Shown piece after piece: positions 32,830 to 37,079 of a DNA stretch of 37,079 nucleotides; the first letter of the stretch is position 1; each line of letters begins with the position of its first letter. The DNA is taken from NCBI GenBank assembly GCA_021160415.1, contig JAGHCP010000086.1, positions 1-37,079 of the forward strand, written 5' to 3'. The stretch is from Desulfurococcales archaeon. Lineage in GTDB: Archaea; Thermoproteota; Thermoprotei_A; Sulfolobales; NBVN01. Made by a program: the position numbers and the translations under genes. The notes beneath the pieces are model-generated. The model saw only the letters and a list, made by a program, of their open reading frames with translations, searched no databases and was not told the origin of the DNA.

Positions 32830-34023
32830 TTAAATTCCCTTGACAGTGGTCCTTATCTCTAAGACATCGCCGTCCATCAATCGGTGATCTAACCCGACCC
32901 GCTCCCCGGGGTATTTAGCGGATGGCCCCCAGATCCTTGCATATTTAAAGAATTTGAGGAAATCCTCCCTTATTTTCCTAACCGCGTCCTCAACGGTGGC
33001 CCCCTCCCTGAGTATGAGGGGTTTCCGAGATGGTTTGTTTGAGGTTGGTTCTTTTGTGTAGATCCTTATGACCTTAGTCGCTTTGAATAAGTGTTTAGGG
33101 AGTTTCTGCAGTCCTTCACCTGTGAGCGCCGAAGCTGGAACTACGGGTGTGTAGGGGAGAACGTCCTTTATCGATGAAGTATACTTGCTGGCCGCGTTCG
33201 GGGCGAGGTCCACTTTATTAAGGACTACAACACTGGGTTTGAAGGTCTTTCTTTCATAAATGGCTTCCTCGATGTCATCTAGTGTGACCTCCCCGACTAT
33301 GCGAACCTCAGCGTTATGAATCCCGTACTTCTCAAGAAGCTTTCTGACGTCATCCACCGTGCACCCAGTAAGCCTGCCGAAAGATATGACTCTGACTCCG
33401 TGGATTGCCTTACTTCTAATTACCTGTACCTCCCCCTTCGGTTTTAGGAGATGAATACCAGCCTCCCTCAATTCATTCATGATTATTTCCAGCTGTTTGA
33501 GGGGGTCACTCGTAATATCCAGAACTATAAGTAAAGCATCGGCATTTCTCGCCAGCCCCAAAACCCTAGATCCCCACCAAATCGCACCTCTTGAGATACC
33601 CTCAACCATGCTGGGGGCTTCAACCAGCTGGAACTGTACATCTTCGAATCTAAGCATGCCCGGTACGGGGAATTTCGTTGTGAATGGGACATCGGAGACT
33701 GAGGGTTTTGCGTTGGTTAATGCCCTAAGTAAAGCGCTTTTCCCTGAATTAGGTAGCCCTAAAATCACTACTTGAGCTGCTCCTTCCTTCTCGATGAAGA
33801 AGGAAGGTCCTCCCTTACCCGCTCTCCTGGCTTTTCTCTCCTCGATTTCCTCTCTGAGCTCAGCGATCTTTCTCCTTACCCAAGCCCTTAGGTTCTCGGT
33901 TCCTTTATGCTTAGGGATCGTGGAGAGATACTCTTCCAGAGCTCTCAGTTTTTCCTCAGGCGTCCTTGCATCTAGGTATTTAGCCCATTTAGCCCTAGCC
34001 TCTGGAGGAAGATTGGTCGGCAT
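32830..34023 (-). CDS. DRG/Obg-family GTP-binding protein with C-terminal TGS domain
   Basis: DRG-type N-terminus (IPKHKGTENLRAWVRRKIAELREE), G1 GLPNSGKS, G2 PFTT, G4 NKVD, and a TGS-like C-terminus (RIWGPSAKYPGERVGLDHRLMDGDVLEI). G3 reads VEAPS instead of DxxG. Confidence 0.8.
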   Translation of the reverse strand: MPTNLPPEARAKWAKYLDARTPEEKLRALEEYLSTIPKHKGTENLRAWVRRKIAELREEIEERKARRAGKGGPSFFIEKEGAAQVVILGLPNSGKSALLRALTNAKPSVSDVPFTTKFPVPGMLRFEDVQFQLVEAPSMVEGISRGAIWWGSRVLGLARNADALLIVLDITSDPLKQLEIIMNELREAGIHLLKPKGEVQVIRSKAIHGVRVISFGRLTGCTVDDVRKLLEKYGIHNAEVRIVGEVTLDDIEEAIYERKTFKPSVVVLNKVDLAPNAASKYTSSIKDVLPYTPVVPASALTGEGLQKLPKHLFKATKVIRIYTKEPTSNKPSRKPLILREGATVEDAVRKIREDFLKFFKYARIWGPSAKYPGERVGLDHRLMDGDVLEIRTTVKGI

Positions 34024-34058
34024 CCCAGCACCTATGGAATAAGTGGAATTACCCTTAA

Positions 34059-34733
34059 TTAGGGATCGACGCTGCTCTCCCCCAGAAATCTCCCCAGGCC
34101 CTTAGAGCTGATCCTCTTCAGGGTTTTCCAGGAAAGCCTGACTATAGGGGGGTACTTCCCTCCCATACTTCTGAGCCATTCCCTAGTCCTCGGATCTGAG
34201 GGATATCCGCTCCCGAAGTCCCCGTAGAAACTCCTCAGAGCCTCAACATGCTTATCTCTTAAGTACTTGGCGATTATTGACGCGGCTGCAACAACGTGGT
34301 ATTTTGAGTCGGCTTTGTGCTCATATATCAGTTTCGAGCCCTCGCATAAGTGTTTCGAAATGATGTTCTTCACTGCAGGGTTCGACACAGCATCTACGAA
34401 AACTTCCTTGGGGCACCCGTGTTCTTTAGTGACGTGATTTAATATCCGTGCAATTCCCTCAATGAATAGCTTGGTTAGGCCCTCCAAATCTATGCGTTTC
34501 GGTGGGAATCTCACCACCACAACGCATTGGGAAGCGCGGATTATTTGCGGGAAAAGTTTCTCCCTCCTCGATGGTGTAAGCCTTTTGCTATCCTTCACAC
34601 CGACTTTGATGAGTTGAGGGATCGCCTCCTTACGAACCAATACACCAGCCATGAACATGTCTCCAATAACCGGACCCCTTCCGGCCTCGTCGATGCCTAA
34701 AATGATGTCTTCAGCCCTCCCCCTTCCGTGCAC
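34059..34733 (-). CDS. rnhB: Ribonuclease HII
   Basis: GIDEAGRGPVIGDMF catalytic motif and DSK..., AAASIIAK. 224 aa. Confidence 0.9.
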   Translation of the reverse strand: MHGRGRAEDIILGIDEAGRGPVIGDMFMAGVLVRKEAIPQLIKVGVKDSKRLTPSRREKLFPQIIRASQCVVVVRFPPKRIDLEGLTKLFIEGIARILNHVTKEHGCPKEVFVDAVSNPAVKNIISKHLCEGSKLIYEHKADSKYHVVAAASIIAKYLRDKHVEALRSFYGDFGSGYPSDPRTREWLRSMGGKYPPIVRLSWKTLKRISSKGLGRFLGESSVDP

Positions 34734-35565
34734 TCTCCTTCACCTGCTTGACTAGTTTCCTCAGCCTGCTTAGCTGATGAACGGTTTTCACATCCCTAAA
34801 AATCTCGAATGTAATAGCCTCCAACTTATTCATAACGTTTAGCCTGATTAAGGTGTTGCATATATCTCTCAAGAGCGCCGTACCTATCATTCCATGGGGT
34901 TGCATCCCGCGGACAGAATCCTTTATGATGCCGTGAATATGTACAGCCCTCACCCTTTCCAGCAGGATAGGTGCTTGATCCTCAATGATTTCAGGGGGCT
35001 TCTGAGATACTCCAACTCTCCTCCATCTCGACAGGGTGAGGTGAGTAACGTCTAAGCACACATGTACGTCAGGGACTTCCCTCAGTATATAGGGGAGCTC
35101 GGACTCGCCTCCGCAACACTTTCCTTCAGTAGTTTCTACTAGAACTTCAAAGCCCATGTCTGAAGTAACAGGCATTATCTCATTTAGTGACTTCACCGCT
35201 GCTTCAACGCATTTGGAGGACCTGAACCCGCAGTTGCTCTGAGAGGTTTCGAGGTGTAGAACTAAGTAGAGAGGATGTTCTTCAAGCCTTCCAATAGTGT
35301 CGATTGCTTTCAGTATTTCTTTGACAGATGCTTTTCTCACGTTTTCGGCAGGGGACGCGAGTGATAGATCTCTCCATGGGAGGTGGTACGCTACACTTAG
35401 TCCCGCACACTTAATTATTTGGAGGGCTTTAACTATGGTTGAGGGTTCGTAATAATGAGGGTAGTCAATGCTGACCTCAAACCCGTCGAATCCAGCCTTA
35501 CGCGCCTCCTTAACATATTCTTCCGCAGCTACTCTTTCAGGTAGAACAGCGTTTAACACTATCAA
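34711..35565 (-). CDS. Xylose isomerase-like TIM-barrel protein (sugar phosphate isomerase/epimerase or AP-endonuclease-2 fold)
   Basis: 284 aa with an alternating beta/alpha pattern and conserved-looking FDGFEV, YHLPW, LVLHLE, VLVETTEG, VCLDVTH, VHIHG strand ends. Confidence 0.5.
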   Translation of the reverse strand: MIVLNAVLPERVAAEEYVKEARKAGFDGFEVSIDYPHYYEPSTIVKALQIIKCAGLSVAYHLPWRDLSLASPAENVRKASVKEILKAIDTIGRLEEHPLYLVLHLETSQSNCGFRSSKCVEAAVKSLNEIMPVTSDMGFEVLVETTEGKCCGGESELPYILREVPDVHVCLDVTHLTLSRWRRVGVSQKPPEIIEDQAPILLERVRAVHIHGIIKDSVRGMQPHGMIGTALLRDICNTLIRLNVMNKLEAITFEIFRDVKTVHQLSRLRKLVKQVKESARKGEG

Positions 35566-36626
35566 CTTGCAAGACCCTTAATAGCGGAAATTATTCTGGG
35601 TAGCGGATCTTCGAAGTCCCTCAGAAGTTTTTCCCTTACCTCTTCGTAGGGAGGGTGTTTACCTTCAGCATTCCTAATAACGTCGAGAATTTCCTGGGTT
35701 GTGCTGACTTTGTGGAGTGGGTACCCTTTCATAGCTACGTATTCGTTTACATGTAATTCAAGTGGGAAGTAAGTAATTCCAGGAGTCATCAGTAGTGCCG
35801 CCTCTCTAGCCATTGTCGCTCCACCCGTAATTACGGCCTTAGCGTAGAATGAAAGGCTTAACCCATCGAATCCTTTGTGAAGGGCGATCACTTTAAGACC
35901 TTCCTTCACCAGCTTTCGCACCAAGAGCTCATGGCTCCTGTATCTGGGGAGGATGACCGAGAGATACCCTTCGTAAGAGAGTTGCTTGATGAGTGACTCA
36001 ATATCTACGGCGACATTGAGACCTCTGTAGTATGTCGCCTTTTCCTCATGGGGCCTCACCACAACGTACTTCCCTGGCTTTAAGCCTAAGCCCTCAACAT
36101 ATTTTCTGATGGGTCTTCTGCGCAGAATCCACACTAATTCGTCCACCCCTCTAAATGTTGAGAGCCTTGTAAGGGAGTCGGTTACGTACTTCTTAATTTC
36201 CTTGGTAGGTATGGCTTCGGAGAATATGACCTCATCCGCTAAGGGCAGTGATAGCCTGCTCGGGAGTGATGAATGAGGTGAGTCAGTAAGGGCTAAATAC
36301 TTTATACCTACGCCGAAAGCCACCCGGGCAGCTGCGGGGTTAGGGTATGAAACGAGTATGTCAGGTTTACGGTGCCGTAGCAAGTCGATGAATGCCTTTA
36401 TGCGGTGCACGTCGGCCAGAACCTTATCCCAAGCGTCACCCTCTGAGTAATGCCCAACTACTTCCGGCTCGAGTCCGAGGACCTTAAAAGCTTCCGCAGT
36501 GAATTCGTAGTCCCTGCACGTTATGATCGTTTCGAAGCCGTGGCGATTAAGTTCCTTAGCTAGGAAGCCTAATAAGGTGCTTTGCTTAGAGGTCTGTGAG
36601 TCTAGCCACACCTTAATCCTCATCAC
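35562..36626 (-). CDS. DUF354-family protein (GT-B / UDP-GlcNAc 2-epimerase-like fold, function unknown)
   Basis: 354 aa. N-terminus MRIKVWLDSQTSKQSTLLGFLAKELNRHGFETIITCRDYE resembles the archaeal DUF354 pattern. 4-nt overlap with the downstream gene. Confidence 0.5.
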   Translation of the reverse strand: MMRIKVWLDSQTSKQSTLLGFLAKELNRHGFETIITCRDYEFTAEAFKVLGLEPEVVGHYSEGDAWDKVLADVHRIKAFIDLLRHRKPDILVSYPNPAAARVAFGVGIKYLALTDSPHSSLPSRLSLPLADEVIFSEAIPTKEIKKYVTDSLTRLSTFRGVDELVWILRRRPIRKYVEGLGLKPGKYVVVRPHEEKATYYRGLNVAVDIESLIKQLSYEGYLSVILPRYRSHELLVRKLVKEGLKVIALHKGFDGLSLSFYAKAVITGGATMAREAALLMTPGITYFPLELHVNEYVAMKGYPLHKVSTTQEILDVIRNAEGKHPPYEEVREKLLRDFEDPLPRIISAIKGLAS

Positions 36627-36706
36627 CAGCTCATATTATTTTAGGGTGTCGCCACGTTTAATATAATGCTGACTTGAATGTCTCTCCACCAATCGGGTGT
36701 GTTGAA

Positions 36707-37079
36707 ATGGAGAAGTTGTTCGGCACGGATGGTGTCAGAGGAATAACAAATGTGGAGTTAACTCCGTCTAAAGTGCTAAGACTGGCCCTCAGCATAGGGT
36801 ATTATTTCGGGTCGGGAGCGAAGCTCCTTATAGGTAGGGATTCAAGGTCAGGGAGCTCCTTTATTCACCACATAGTTAAGGGGGCACTTCTTTCCGAGGG
36901 TATTAGGGTATATGACGCAGGCCTTGTACCCACACCAGCCCTTCAATACTACGTTAAGGAAAACGGATTTGATGGGGGTGTGATGATCACTGCCTCTCAC
37001 AACCCGCCCGAGTACAGCGGGCTTAAGGTCATTATGGGTGATGGGGTGGAGGCACCGAGAAATGTCGAGGAAGAGATAG
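36707..37079 (+). CDS. alpha-D-phosphohexomutase (phosphoglucosamine/phosphomannomutase, GlmM-like), 3' end cut by window
   Basis: My own translation is MEKLFGTDGVRG...GVMITASHNPPEYSGLKV, with the phosphoserine loop TASHNP. The frame stays open to the window end, which is why it is absent from the ORF track. Confidence 0.85.
   Translation, partial: MEKLFGTDGVRGITNVELTPSKVLRLALSIGYYFGSGAKLLIGRDSRSGSSFIHHIVKGALLSEGIRVYDAGLVPTPALQYYVKENGFDGGVMITASHNPPEYSGLKVIMGDGVEAPRNVEEEI

Noticed and set aside
1-37079. Scan for CRISPR arrays, IS elements or terminal inverted repeats, integrases, toxin-antitoxin pairs and known defence genes
   Set aside because: By-eye reading found no spaced direct repeats, no transposase, integrase or Cas-like translations in the ORF track, and almost every ORF is accounted for by housekeeping families. 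A computational repeat search would be needed to exclude short or degenerate repeats.

Overview
This window reads as a very compact chromosomal core segment of a crenarchaeal (Thermoproteota) genome. The evidence is eS26, eL42/L44e and eS27 ribosomal proteins, PriS/PCNA/GINS, TFS, Rpo4/Rpo11, the exosome cap protein Csl4, aIF2alpha/aIF5A, CDP-archaeol synthase, and intron-containing tRNAs with encoded CCA. I call 54 CDS, two of them cut by the window edges, and 3 tRNAs (Arg-GCG, Asp-GUC, Leu-CAG), the last two with short introns. One real small gene, nop10, falls below the ORF-track cutoff. From the called coordinates, only about 2 kb of 37 kb lies outside CDS. Landmarks are an 18-gene co-directional information-processing array on the minus strand (3309..15223), the conserved L44e-S27e-aIF2alpha-Nop10 operon, and a cluster of the three signature enzymes of the archaeal-type mevalonate pathway (UbiD-like decarboxylase plus aconitase-X large and small subunits). 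I see no CRISPR array, IS element, integrase, prophage or recognisable defence island, and I cannot honestly point to a clear-cut novel multi-gene system. The best leads for undescribed biology are: (1) a truncated TFS paralogue at 28206..28481 that keeps the N-terminal Zn-ribbon and linker but replaces the catalytic C-ribbon with an acidic tail, next to two orphan ORFs and the only long non-coding gap; (2) a DRG-family GTPase with a degenerate G3 motif, tightly linked to a Lys-rich Zn-ribbon protein and a small unknown protein (31724..34023); (3) a YqgF/RuvX-like RNase H-fold protein beside KsgA and a Clp1-like polynucleotide kinase (19538..22340); (4) two uncharacterised ORFs embedded between RNA polymerase and exosome genes. 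All functional calls come from by-eye motif recognition and need profile searches to confirm.
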